From sequence record PP359696.1: 64,000 nucleotides of DNA, one strand, 5' to 3'. Numbering within the stretch: the first letter of the stretch is position 1; each line of letters opens with the position of its first letter. This stretch comes from Escherichia phage Ge15. The position numbers and the translations under genes are program-made. A model generated the notes under the pieces. That model did not search any database. It worked only from the letters and a program-made list of their open reading frames with translations, and was not told the origin of the DNA. Below, piece after piece: positions 1 through 10,737 of the stretch.

Positions 1-81
1 GAACTGTCATCTTACCTTGTAGCACAGATTGATAATGATGTTGATGATAAAGTTATGATGAGTTTTAAAAAATATTTTTAA
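1..81 (+). CDS. nrdB: 3' end of upstream gene, partial; C-terminal tail resembles ribonucleotide reductase small subunit NrdB
   Basis: Open frame from window edge to TAA at 79-81 giving ...ELSSYLVAQIDNDVDDKVMMSFKKYF, similar to the acidic NrdB C-terminal tail; T4 synteny nrdB-denA. Confidence 0.5.
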   Translation, partial: ELSSYLVAQIDNDVDDKVMMSFKKYF

Positions 82-108
82 GGAGTGGGCCGCAAGGCCC
101 ATTTTATT

Positions 109-1696
<1,588 letters not shown>

Positions 1697-1699
1697 GCT

Positions 1700-1752
1700 G
1701 TTTACAAGTCCCTCGTGTTGTGTTACAGTAGTCTTACTGACATAACATGAGG
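1700..1752 (+). promoter_or_regulatory. Early-promoter-like GTTTAC element followed by a ~16-bp imperfect hairpin that sequesters the alc Shine-Dalgarno (GAGG)
   Basis: GTTTAC at 1700-1705; arms 1711-1728 and 1737-1752 pair with G-U wobbles; GAGG at 1749-1752 inside the 3' arm; near-identical copy at 20103-20155. Confidence 0.55.
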
Positions 1753-1760
1753 ACTTTATG

Positions 1761-2264
1761 ATGGATTTACAGCTTATTACTACTGAAATGGTCGTTGAAG
1801 CATACGGTGATACTACAGATGGGATTTCTGTATTTAAAGGAAATCGTCGAGTTGGATATATCACCGATCTTAAGAAAGATTTAGCTAAACAAGTCAAGCG
1901 GAAAACGACCATTAAAGAATATCGAAATCGTCGTCTTGAGCAAGCCCGTGATATGCTTCCTGATGCGGTTGAGGAGATGAAAGTCTTTTTAGAAAATCAG
2001 CTTGCGAAATATGATTGTGATGTGTTCATTAATCAGACTCAACCTAATGTTCATATCAATAACTGCAAATGCTATATCATCGTTAATCCTTTGACGGGAA
2101 AACACCGCCTTGGTATTAGTAATCCAAATCGTAGTGCATCGGATATGGCAGAAGATGTTGAGGCATGCTTTAAAATTTCTAAATCTCCAGCTGAACATCA
2201 TATTTTAATTAACGGTCTTTCTCAAGACGATATTATAGAGGTTATTAAAACTTTATGCAATTAA
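1761..2264 (+). CDS. alc: Alc, inhibitor of host transcription on cytosine-containing DNA
   Basis: 167 aa (MDLQLITTEMVVEAYG...); position after rnlA as in T4. Confidence 0.85.
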   Translation: MDLQLITTEMVVEAYGDTTDGISVFKGNRRVGYITDLKKDLAKQVKRKTTIKEYRNRRLEQARDMLPDAVEEMKVFLENQLAKYDCDVFINQTQPNVHINNCKCYIIVNPLTGKHRLGISNPNRSASDMAEDVEACFKISKSPAEHHILINGLSQDDIIEVIKTLCN

Positions 2265-2608
2265 GTAATACGACAGCAGGTTTGCTATTAATTGTAATTG
2301 CATTGGGCGGAACTTCTTTAATTTTAAAAAATAAAATTGAAAGATTAGAAACGTCTGTTGTAGAAATTACAAAAACGGCCAATGAAAACGCTTTAGCATT
2401 AAATAATTTGCGAATTCAGTATAATTATATTGATGCGATGAATAATAAAAATCGTGAGGCAATTGCTGCTATTGAGCGTGAAAATGAAAAACTGCGCAAA
2501 GACGCAAAGAAGGCGGATGTGGTGGCTCATAAGCCAGGATTGGTTGAAAAACAAATCAACAACTCCTTCAACAAGTTCGCAGAAGACATCCAGGACCTTT
2601 CTAAATGA
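2255..2608 (+). CDS. Hypothetical small membrane protein
   Basis: 117 aa; N-terminal hydrophobic segment LLLIVIALGGTSLIL; overlapping start/stop with neighbours (operon-like). Confidence 0.6.
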   Translation: MQLSNTTAGLLLIVIALGGTSLILKNKIERLETSVVEITKTANENALALNNLRIQYNYIDAMNNKNREAIAAIERENEKLRKDAKKADVVAHKPGLVEKQINNSFNKFAEDIQDLSK

Positions 2609-2904
2609 TTAAACTATCAGCAGTAATATTATCTATTGGTCTTCTAGTTGGTTGTTCGACAAAGCCTCTAGAAGTAAAGAAAGAAACAGTTCATCCTAAT
2701 TGGCCTGTACAAATAAAGTCATATGATGAAGCTAAACTATCTTGGCAAGTTAAAGTTATTGATGGTAAAGCTTGGGTCGGTATGCCATTTGAAGATTCCC
2801 AGGAATTTCGCATTTGGCTTAATGATGTAAAACGATATGTACATGATCAGAAAACTATGATATGTTATTATCGTCAAGAGTTAAAAGAGGATAAATGCAA
2901 ATGA
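2605..2904 (+). CDS. Hypothetical lipoprotein
   Basis: 99 aa; signal peptide with lipobox LLVGC|S (MIKLSAVILSIGLLVGCSTKP). Confidence 0.6.
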   Translation: MIKLSAVILSIGLLVGCSTKPLEVKKETVHPNWPVQIKSYDEAKLSWQVKVIDGKAWVGMPFEDSQEFRIWLNDVKRYVHDQKTMICYYRQELKEDKCK

Positions 2905-3125
2905 TTTCATGGCATCAATTTGAACATCTCAAAGGATTGATTTATGAATCCGAGATGGCTGCAATGATTTATGGACGCCAGATTCAACGGTTAGAATCTT
3001 TACCTCCAACTAATGATGTTTTATTAGCTCAATCTCGGGCTAATCTTAAAAATGAATACCAAAATAAGTGGGGTAAAGCATCTAAAGACCTGCATGATTA
3101 TATTCAATCATTGGTTGAGAAATAA
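2895..3125 (+). CDS. Hypothetical protein
   Basis: 76-aa ORF, translationally coupled to neighbours. Confidence 0.5.
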   Translation: MQMISWHQFEHLKGLIYESEMAAMIYGRQIQRLESLPPTNDVLLAQSRANLKNEYQNKWGKASKDLHDYIQSLVEK

Positions 3126-3128
3126 TAA

Positions 3129-4353
<1,225 letters not shown>

Positions 4354-4354
<1 letters not shown>

Positions 4355-4551
4355 TGGCGTGGCATCATGAAACTTGGTCTATTGTTATTGTAAATAGTGG
4401 TTTAGTTGGTACTAGTAATGGACAATTTTGTGTATTCACTAGTGAAATCAGAGCTTGGGAGGAATGCCTTAAATTAAGAGAAAAGAATCCTGATGTTGAA
4501 CTAACAGTAAAGAAAACTAAACTGCCTTTACCATGGAAAACTTATGAATAA
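4354..4551 (+). CDS. Hypothetical protein
   Basis: 65-aa ORF; ATGA overlap with pseT stop. Confidence 0.5.
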
Positions 4552-4744
4552 CATAGAAAAGATTTATCGACTTTGTGATAAAATTGAAAAAGAAAAGAAA
4601 TATCTATTTTGTTTATGGCCTATTGTTGATGGAAGAGTAGGCTTAGATGTTCTTGATTATGAAACAGAAGATAAAGTAGATGGTTCAACTTTTGATAATG
4701 CGTTGGATGTTATTGATTGGCTTGAAGAAAATTATGTGAGGTAA
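4544..4744 (+). CDS. Hypothetical protein
   Basis: 66-aa ORF in pseT-cd interval. Confidence 0.5.
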   Translation: MNNIEKIYRLCDKIEKEKKYLFCLWPIVDGRVGLDVLDYETEDKVDGSTFDNALDVIDWLEENYVR

Positions 4745-4746
4745 AT

Positions 4747-5022
4747 ATGTTTCCAACTTATTCTAAAATCGTAGAAGTAGTGTTTAGCCAAATTATTGCT
4801 AATAATATGTTTGAAAAGCTTGATAATGCAGCTGAGCTTCGAATTCATGCTCAAGTGACTCATGTATTGAATACTTTGCTTCCAGACCAGGTGGATTCTA
4901 TTGCAATTACTCTGTATCCAGGTTCTGCTCATATTATTGTCGTATTCGGTCTTGATGCTGAGCTAGTCATCAAAGGCGATATTCGCTTTGAATCACAGAC
5001 ATCAGAATTCAAAGCAATTTAA
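4747..5022 (+). CDS. Hypothetical protein
   Basis: 91-aa ORF in pseT-cd interval. Confidence 0.5.
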   Translation: MFPTYSKIVEVVFSQIIANNMFEKLDNAAELRIHAQVTHVLNTLLPDQVDSIAITLYPGSAHIIVVFGLDAELVIKGDIRFESQTSEFKAI

Positions 5023-5024
5023 TA

Positions 5025-5063
5025 GTTTACTTTACGGTAGAGTTGTGATATTATAGCTCTACC
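5025..5063 (+). promoter_or_regulatory. Putative early promoter (GTTTAC -35, TATTAT -10) with inverted repeat enclosing the -10
   Basis: GTTTAC 5025-5030; tattat 5049-5054; inverted repeat ggtagag 5036-5042 / ctctacc 5057-5063; followed by SD GAGGA and ATG 5085. Confidence 0.5.
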
Positions 5064-5084
5064 AAAACAAATGAGGAAATTGAA

Positions 5085-5612
5085 ATGAGCGAATGGTTTG
5101 AAGAAGATAAGGTTTATCGCTTTAAAGCTGGATATAAAGATATTTTTAATGAAACTTGTGGGGCTAATAAACGAATTGCTCAGTTTATTGGGGAAAATTC
5201 ATTTAAAGTAAAAATAGATCCTGCGAAAAATGTTATTAGCATTAAACGCGAAATTGACGATTGCTGGTATAAAGCTGTTGATGTAATGGGCGAATCTTAT
5301 AAAGAAAGCCCGCTATTTTCAATTACTTATATGTCAGAATATTATTTTTTCGAAGAAGTTCAAAAAGATGACTCTATCAGTAAATTTGAAATTAAAACTG
5401 ATAAAGAAATTAAGTGGAAAGTAGTAGGTATTACTGGTTGTATGTTTTATATCTATGCTCAAACTGATACGAAGGAAGAAGCTAAAAAGAAAGCTCTAGA
5501 ATATCTTGAAGAGTATGAAGAAGGCCCGGTAATGATTACCCAAGATGCCGAATTAGTTTCTGTCAAATTAGTTAAAAACGTTGAAAGTAAGGAGCTGGGA
5601 TCAACATGCTAA
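5085..5612 (+). CDS. Hypothetical protein
   Basis: 175-aa ORF with good SD (gagga) 8 nt upstream. Confidence 0.6.
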   Translation: MSEWFEEDKVYRFKAGYKDIFNETCGANKRIAQFIGENSFKVKIDPAKNVISIKREIDDCWYKAVDVMGESYKESPLFSITYMSEYYFFEEVQKDDSISKFEIKTDKEIKWKVVGITGCMFYIYAQTDTKEEAKKKALEYLEEYEEGPVMITQDAELVSVKLVKNVESKELGSTC

Positions 5613-5842
5613 GTGAAAAACCAATTACTACTAAAGAATTCCAAGAAAAAGTTAAACTATTTGCTCAGGAATTGGTAAATAAGGTTTCTGAACGATTTCC
5701 TGAAACATCGGTTCGTGTTATTACCGAAACTCCTCGTTCAGTATTAGTAATTGTGAATCCAGGTGATGGTGACCAAATAACACATCTTAAACTGGATTTT
5801 GATGGATTAGTTGAAGCACAAAGGGTGTATGGCGTACTATGA
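5606..5842 (+). CDS. Hypothetical protein
   Basis: 78-aa ORF, overlapping coupling. Confidence 0.5.
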   Translation: MLSEKPITTKEFQEKVKLFAQELVNKVSERFPETSVRVITETPRSVLVIVNPGDGDQITHLKLDFDGLVEAQRVYGVL

Positions 5843-6177
5843 TGAATTTAACTGATATAATTGATAATTGTCTTGAAAATGATACTGGCGATCATAGAGC
5901 GCTTGATTCTGAAACAGCACAGTTCATTAGAATAACTTTAATGAACGATACTCTGGTGAACAGTATTCATCCTTCTGTGTATGATGCTATTATTGTGACG
6001 AAGTATCCTGTTGAGCTTCACAAAAAGATGGCTGGTGCAATTTTTATTGATAAGAAAAACCGCTTTAAAGATGGGCAGAATATAATTAGTTCTGTTATTA
6101 AAAGTATAACTAAACTTCGTCACGAAATTTATCGTGTTGAAACTGCTAAATCTGCTTATCTGGTGATTATGAAATGA
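5839..6177 (+). CDS. Hypothetical protein
   Basis: 112-aa ORF immediately upstream of cd. Confidence 0.5.
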   Translation: MMNLTDIIDNCLENDTGDHRALDSETAQFIRITLMNDTLVNSIHPSVYDAIIVTKYPVELHKKMAGAIFIDKKNRFKDGQNIISSVIKSITKLRHEIYRVETAKSAYLVIMK

Positions 6178-6755
6178 AAGCGAGTACAGTACTTCAAATT
6201 GCATATTTAGTATCACAAGAATCAAAGTGTTGCTCCTGGAAGGTAGGAGCAGTAATTGAAAAGAATGGACGTATTATTTCTACCGGATATAATGGTTCAC
6301 CTGCCGGGGGTGTGAATTGCTGCGATTATGCTGCTGAGCAAGGTTGGTTGCTGAATAAGCCTAAACATACTATCATTCAAGGTCATAAGCCTGAATGTGT
6401 ATCATTTGGTTCAACTGATCGTTTTGTCTTGGCGAAAGAACATCGTAGTGCTCACTCTGAATGGTCGTCTAAAAATGAAATTCATGCTGAACTAAATGCG
6501 ATTTTGTTTGCTGCGAGAAATGGTTCTTCAATTGAAGGTGCTACTATGTATGTAACACTTTCTCCTTGCCCAGATTGTGCAAAAGCGATAGCTCAATCTG
6601 GTATTAAAAAGCTGGTTTATTGCGAAACATACGATAAGAATAAACCTGGCTGGGATGATATTCTGCGAAATGCGGGTATTGAAGTGTTTAATGTTCCTAA
6701 GAAAAACTTGAATAAGTTAAATTGGGAAAATATCAACGAATTCTGTGGTGAATAA
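6174..6755 (+). CDS. cd: dCMP deaminase
   Basis: 193 aa; zinc-binding deaminase motifs HAELNA and SPCPDCA; matches recalled T4 Cd. Confidence 0.93.
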   Translation: MKASTVLQIAYLVSQESKCCSWKVGAVIEKNGRIISTGYNGSPAGGVNCCDYAAEQGWLLNKPKHTIIQGHKPECVSFGSTDRFVLAKEHRSAHSEWSSKNEIHAELNAILFAARNGSSIEGATMYVTLSPCPDCAKAIAQSGIKKLVYCETYDKNKPGWDDILRNAGIEVFNVPKKNLNKLNWENINEFCGE

Positions 6756-6991
6756 TGAAATTTCGTTTGGTACAGCTCACAGCAATTAGTTCTTATTCTA
6801 ACGAGAACATTTCATTTGCTGTAGAGTATAAGAAGTATTTTTTCTCTAAATGGAAACAGTATTATAAGTCAGAATGGGTTTGTATTGATAGGCCGTATAG
6901 TTGGAAATCTGATTTAGAAAAATGCCAAAAGTTGCTTTCCACTCTTAAAGAACGTGGAACAACTCATATTAAAACTGTAATAGGTAAATAA
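6755..6991 (+). CDS. Hypothetical protein
   Basis: 78-aa ORF between cd and 31. Confidence 0.5.
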   Translation: MKFRLVQLTAISSYSNENISFAVEYKKYFFSKWKQYYKSEWVCIDRPYSWKSDLEKCQKLLSTLKERGTTHIKTVIGK

Positions 6992-7300
6992 ATGAAATTG
7001 ACGACTGAACAAAAAGTAGCAATTCGTGAAATTTTGAAAACTAAATTGTCCATGGGTATTTCAAACGTAGTTTTTGAAAAGTCTGATGGTACTATTCGTA
7101 CTATGAAAGGTACTCGTGATGCAGACTTTATGCCAACCATGCAAACCGGTAAATTGACTGAATCTGCTCGGAAAGAATCTACTGATATGATTCCAGTATT
7201 TGATGTTGAGCTTGGTGCATGGCGAGGTTTTTCTATTGACAAATTGATTTCCGTTAATGGTATGAAAGTTGAGCATTTGCTTCAATTTATTGGTAAATAA
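6992..7300 (+). CDS. Hypothetical protein
   Basis: 102-aa ORF between cd and 31. Confidence 0.55.
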   Translation: MKLTTEQKVAIREILKTKLSMGISNVVFEKSDGTIRTMKGTRDADFMPTMQTGKLTESARKESTDMIPVFDVELGAWRGFSIDKLISVNGMKVEHLLQFIGK

Positions 7301-7356
7301 ATGCTTTAAGAATTATTTGTTATTATTAATTCATCTGTTAACAAAAAGGAAAAACG

Positions 7357-7692
7357 ATGTCTGAAGTACAACAGCTACCAATTCGTGCTGTCGGTGAATA
7401 TGTTATTTTAGTTTCTGAACCTGCGCAAGCCGGTGATGAAGAAGTTACAGAATCAGGACTTATTATCGGTAAACGTGTCCAAGGTGAAGTTCCTGAACTG
7501 TGTGTAGTTCACTCTGTTGGTCCTGATGTTCCTGAAGGTTTCTGCGAAGTTGGTGATTTGACTTCTCTTCCAGTTGGTCAAATTCGAAACGTTCCGCATC
7601 CTTTTGTAGCTCTGGGTCTTAAGCAGCCAAAAGAAATTAAACAAAAATTCGTTACTTGTCACTATAAAGCTATTCCGTGTCTTTATAAGTGA
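7357..7692 (+). CDS. 31: Head assembly co-chaperonin (GroES analogue)
   Basis: 111 aa ([30 protein letters not shown]...); matches recalled T4 gp31. Confidence 0.93.
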
Positions 7693-7700
7693 TATAAATA
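7693..7700 (+). promoter_or_regulatory. Putative late promoter (TATAAATA)
   Basis: Exact TATAAATA directly after the gene 31 stop, about 120 nt upstream of rIII. Confidence 0.4.
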
Positions 7701-7818
7701 ATAATATGAATTGAGTTTCAATTCTATGTGGTAGTCTACAACTGAGAGATCTGTCGAAAGAAGATGAAATTCAGAAGAACGTGACTACCGAGTTTTAATC
7801 TCTAACGAGAATTTTTAA

Positions 7819-8067
7819 ATGATTAAACAATTACAACACGCTCTTGAACTGCAACGAAACGCATGGAATAATGGTCACGAAAACTATGGTGCATCTATTG
7901 ATGTTGAAGCCGAAGCTCTTGAAATCCTGAGTTATTTCAAACATCTGAATCCTGCTCAAACTGCATTAGCTGCTGAGCTTCAGGAAAAAGATGAACTTAA
8001 ATATGCTAAGCCACTGGCTTCTGCTGCACGAAAAGCAGTTCGTCACTTTGTGGTAACACTGAAGTAA
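7819..8067 (+). CDS. rIII: rIII lysis-inhibition accessory protein
   Basis: 82 aa (MIKQLQHALELQRNAWNNGHENYG...); position as in T4. Confidence 0.9.
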   Translation: MIKQLQHALELQRNAWNNGHENYGASIDVEAEALEILSYFKHLNPAQTALAAELQEKDELKYAKPLASAARKAVRHFVVTLK

Positions 8068-8465
8068 TTTATTGGAGAGTCACTGCCTTAGTGTGAAGTT
8101 AAAACGAGGAGCCGTCGAACTGTCTGATTAATGATTTGCGAATCATTATAGTTTTAAGACCCCGGCAGTTTTACGGTGTACCTCTTGAATGTTATTCTTA
8201 TAGCGGCAAGTGCATGCTACCCCGAGGTGATGGCCAATCGGGAGTACGCCTCAAGGCCTATATATCCATCAGTATATATCTTATCCTCGAGAAATCGAAC
8301 CCGGAACCTTTAAGCTAACGGTGTGCAACAGATAAGAGCTATAAGGTATGATGACGGGTTTATGGTTATCCTGGTCGTTAAATATTCAAAAACCTATGTT
8401 CCCCTTGAGGGCTTGCGCAGGCAATGCCAATAAGTCCTGCATTTTCATTTAAAAGAGAATTTATA

Positions 8466-8642
8466 ATGGCAAAACAAGCTAAAGCAAAGAAAGCAGTTGA
8501 AAAGAAAGTTGGTGATTCTAAACGCGCTGGCTACAAGCGTGGGTCGAACTCTCGTATCAATCAAACTGTTGAGAAGATCATGCGCCGAGCACGTGCGGTT
8601 CTTCGAGATGATGCTTCTCGTTTTGGTAAGCAGAAAGCATAA
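8466..8642 (+). CDS. Hypothetical small, highly basic protein (30.9 position)
   Basis: 58 aa from ATG 8466 (MAKQAKAKKAVEKKVGDSKRAGYKRG...); followed by a strong terminator. Confidence 0.6.
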   Translation: MAKQAKAKKAVEKKVGDSKRAGYKRGSNSRINQTVEKIMRRARAVLRDDASRFGKQKA

Positions 8643-8647
8643 GTTGA

Positions 8648-8671
8648 GGACTCCTTCGGGAGTCCTTTTTT
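8648..8671 (+). terminator. Rho-independent terminator
   Basis: ggactcc-ttcg-ggagtcc hairpin followed by TTTTTT. Confidence 0.8.
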
Positions 8672-8752
8672 ATTTTCCAAAGATTGCACAAAGTTGTTTA
8701 CAGTATAGTTCCTTTGTGATAGTATTATTTTACACAAACAAAGGAGAATAAA

Positions 8753-9121
8753 ATGAAAATCAATCTTAACTCATACATCAAAGGTAAAGATCACGACGGC
8801 TATAAAGCTATCGAAACTAAAGAACTTCAGTGGCATTTATATAAAGAACAATTTGAATTCGTAGGTTGCATGACTCCTGAAGGTCCTTCTGATGATTTCT
8901 CTTGGAAAATAATGTTAACTAACTTTTTTACTGGAGATACATACGAATTAAAAACTTTGATTCTTGGTAAAATTCGCTGTGAGACTTATGAAGATAAAGA
9001 AACTGGTTATTCTGAAGATGTTACATGGTATCAAAATGGTCGTATTACCGCTGATCTTTTGATTGAAAAAATGAAAGCCAAAGGTGAATTAAATTTAGAT
9101 AATTGGATTAAAGTTGCATAA
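8753..9121 (+). CDS. Hypothetical protein (30.8 position)
   Basis: 122-aa ORF with SD aaggag. Confidence 0.6.
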   Translation: MKINLNSYIKGKDHDGYKAIETKELQWHLYKEQFEFVGCMTPEGPSDDFSWKIMLTNFFTGDTYELKTLILGKIRCETYEDKETGYSEDVTWYQNGRITADLLIEKMKAKGELNLDNWIKVA

Positions 9122-9125
9122 AATA

Positions 9126-9165
9126 GTTTACTTTGGTACAGGATATGATATTATATACCTGTACC
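9126..9165 (+). promoter_or_regulatory. Putative early promoter (GTTTAC -35, TATTAT -10) with inverted repeat enclosing the -10
   Basis: GTTTAC 9126-9131; tattat 9149-9154; inverted repeat ggtacagg 9135-9142 / cctgtacc 9158-9165; same architecture as 5025-5063 with a different stem sequence. Confidence 0.5.
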
Positions 9166-9191
9166 GCAATTAAACATCTCGGAGAATAAAA

Positions 9192-9557
9192 ATGAACTAC
9201 ATCAACTTTGAACGTAAATATGTTTCTAACGGTATTGCAGGTTCTATTGATACTATCTGCCTTTGGAAACATCAAAATGGATCAGTATGCGAAATTGAAC
9301 AGTATATGACTCCTAACTACGTTTATATGCGATTTGAAAATGGCATCACGGTTTCAATCACGAAAGAAGGTTCTTCTTTTAAAATCGCTTTAGATGATGA
9401 TTTTCGTCAACGCGATTTAGGGACTCATCCTTGCTGGAATGGCGTCAATCGTAAGCTTCTGGTTAAAACTTGGATTCGTCATATTTTGAGTAACAGAGCT
9501 AAACCTGAGCATCTTGAAGCAATCTTTGATGTAGTTCTTAACGAATTTGATATTTAA
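9192..9557 (+). CDS. Hypothetical protein (30.7 position)
   Basis: 121-aa ORF with SD ggaga. Confidence 0.6.
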   Translation: MNYINFERKYVSNGIAGSIDTICLWKHQNGSVCEIEQYMTPNYVYMRFENGITVSITKEGSSFKIALDDDFRQRDLGTHPCWNGVNRKLLVKTWIRHILSNRAKPEHLEAIFDVVLNEFDI

Positions 9558-9598
9558 AATAAAATGAGGGGCTTCGGCCCCTTACTGAGGAAAATACT

Positions 9599-9886
9599 AT
9601 GTTTATGACTACTTATTTTGATACCCGTAAAAATTTCTGTGAAGTGGTTTTCTCAAAGGCGCCTAAAGACCTTCCTGCTCATTTGCAACCTACTAGTGAA
9701 TCGATTAAAAACTATGTTAATGTAGTCTGCCCTTTAGAGTTCCGTACAGTAAATGGGCGCGATACTTTAGCTATCACTAAACTTAATCGTGAAATTGACA
9801 TTGACCCTTCAATTGCGCGTGAAATTAACATTTCTGATATTGGCGGCGGTAATGTTAAATCGCATGGTTTTCAGATGAGGTTCTAA
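9599..9886 (+). CDS. Hypothetical protein (30.6 position)
   Basis: 95-aa ORF. Confidence 0.55.
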   Translation: MFMTTYFDTRKNFCEVVFSKAPKDLPAHLQPTSESIKNYVNVVCPLEFRTVNGRDTLAITKLNREIDIDPSIAREINISDIGGGNVKSHGFQMRF

Positions 9887-10083
9887 TGAAATTCTTTTTG
9901 GGTCAAACTGTTGAATTAAAGGGAGTTGGTATACCTGGATTAATTTCTAAGGTTCTACCTCCATTTAAATGGAGTGGTATTCAAATAAAAGAGGCTTATA
10001 TTGTTTCCTGGGTAGATGGAAATGAAGACCTTCGTATGGGTGATGAATTATCTCCTATCTATGGATTAAAGGAATTAATATGA
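9886..10083 (+). CDS. Hypothetical protein (30.5 position)
   Basis: 65-aa ORF, ATGA-type coupling. Confidence 0.5.
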   Translation: MKFFLGQTVELKGVGIPGLISKVLPPFKWSGIQIKEAYIVSWVDGNEDLRMGDELSPIYGLKELI

Positions 10084-10286
10084 ATATAATTAATAAGATT
10101 TTTGGAATTCAGTACATTAAGGTTACATATAAAGTAACGTATAAAGGTCCGTATACCGATGAACATGAAGAGCCACAAGTTCAGTCTATTATATTAGAAA
10201 AGGACCCTAACTGGCCAGTTGAATTTCGTCTTCCTTGCTATGGTCATTGGGCTGATGTTGAAATTATAAGTATTGAAAATGTCTGA
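10080..10286 (+). CDS. Hypothetical protein (30.4 position)
   Basis: 68-aa ORF. Confidence 0.5.
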   Translation: MNIINKIFGIQYIKVTYKVTYKGPYTDEHEEPQVQSIILEKDPNWPVEFRLPCYGHWADVEIISIENV

Positions 10287-10737
10287 GTTAGAGATAAGAA
10301 GCAATTTTAGATGGCCATCATGTGCATTAAGTAATTTCGCCCAATGGCCTTTTGTTATGGATGGTATCCAATTTGGAGGTCTCGAAGGATTCCTCCAAGG
10401 ATGCAAGGTGAAAAATGTTGAACAACAGCGTCGTATATTTGGGTTATCCGGGCTTGCCGCCCAACAAGCTGGAAGGTCTTATGCTAGAGCTCAGGACCGT
10501 GGGACCCTCTTCTGGCTTGGAGTTCCGTTTTCAAGATACTCCCCAGCGTGGAAAGAATTATACACAAATGCATATTTTGAAGCAGCGTTCCAAAACAAGG
10601 GCTTTCGCGATGCATTACAAGCCTCGAAAGGAAAAGTTTTGAAGCACAGCATGGCTAGTGGTCTAACAAAAGATGATACAATACTAACCGAAGCTGAATT
10701 TATTGATGTGTTAAACCTATTAAGAGACTCTCTATGA
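10273..10737 (+). CDS. Hypothetical protein (30.3 position)
   Basis: 154-aa ORF; locally GC-richer codon usage. Confidence 0.6.
   Translation: MKMSELEIRSNFRWPSCALSNFAQWPFVMDGIQFGGLEGFLQGCKVKNVEQQRRIFGLSGLAAQQAGRSYARAQDRGTLFWLGVPFSRYSPAWKELYTNAYFEAAFQNKGFRDALQASKGKVLKHSMASGLTKDDTILTEAEFIDVLNLLRDSL

Noticed and set aside
8280-8330. Possible tRNA gene (T-loop-like GGTTCGATT on the minus strand)
   Set aside because: The flanking bases cannot form a 5-bp T-stem and I could not build acceptor or anticodon stems. Without a covariance-model tool I do not call a tRNA.
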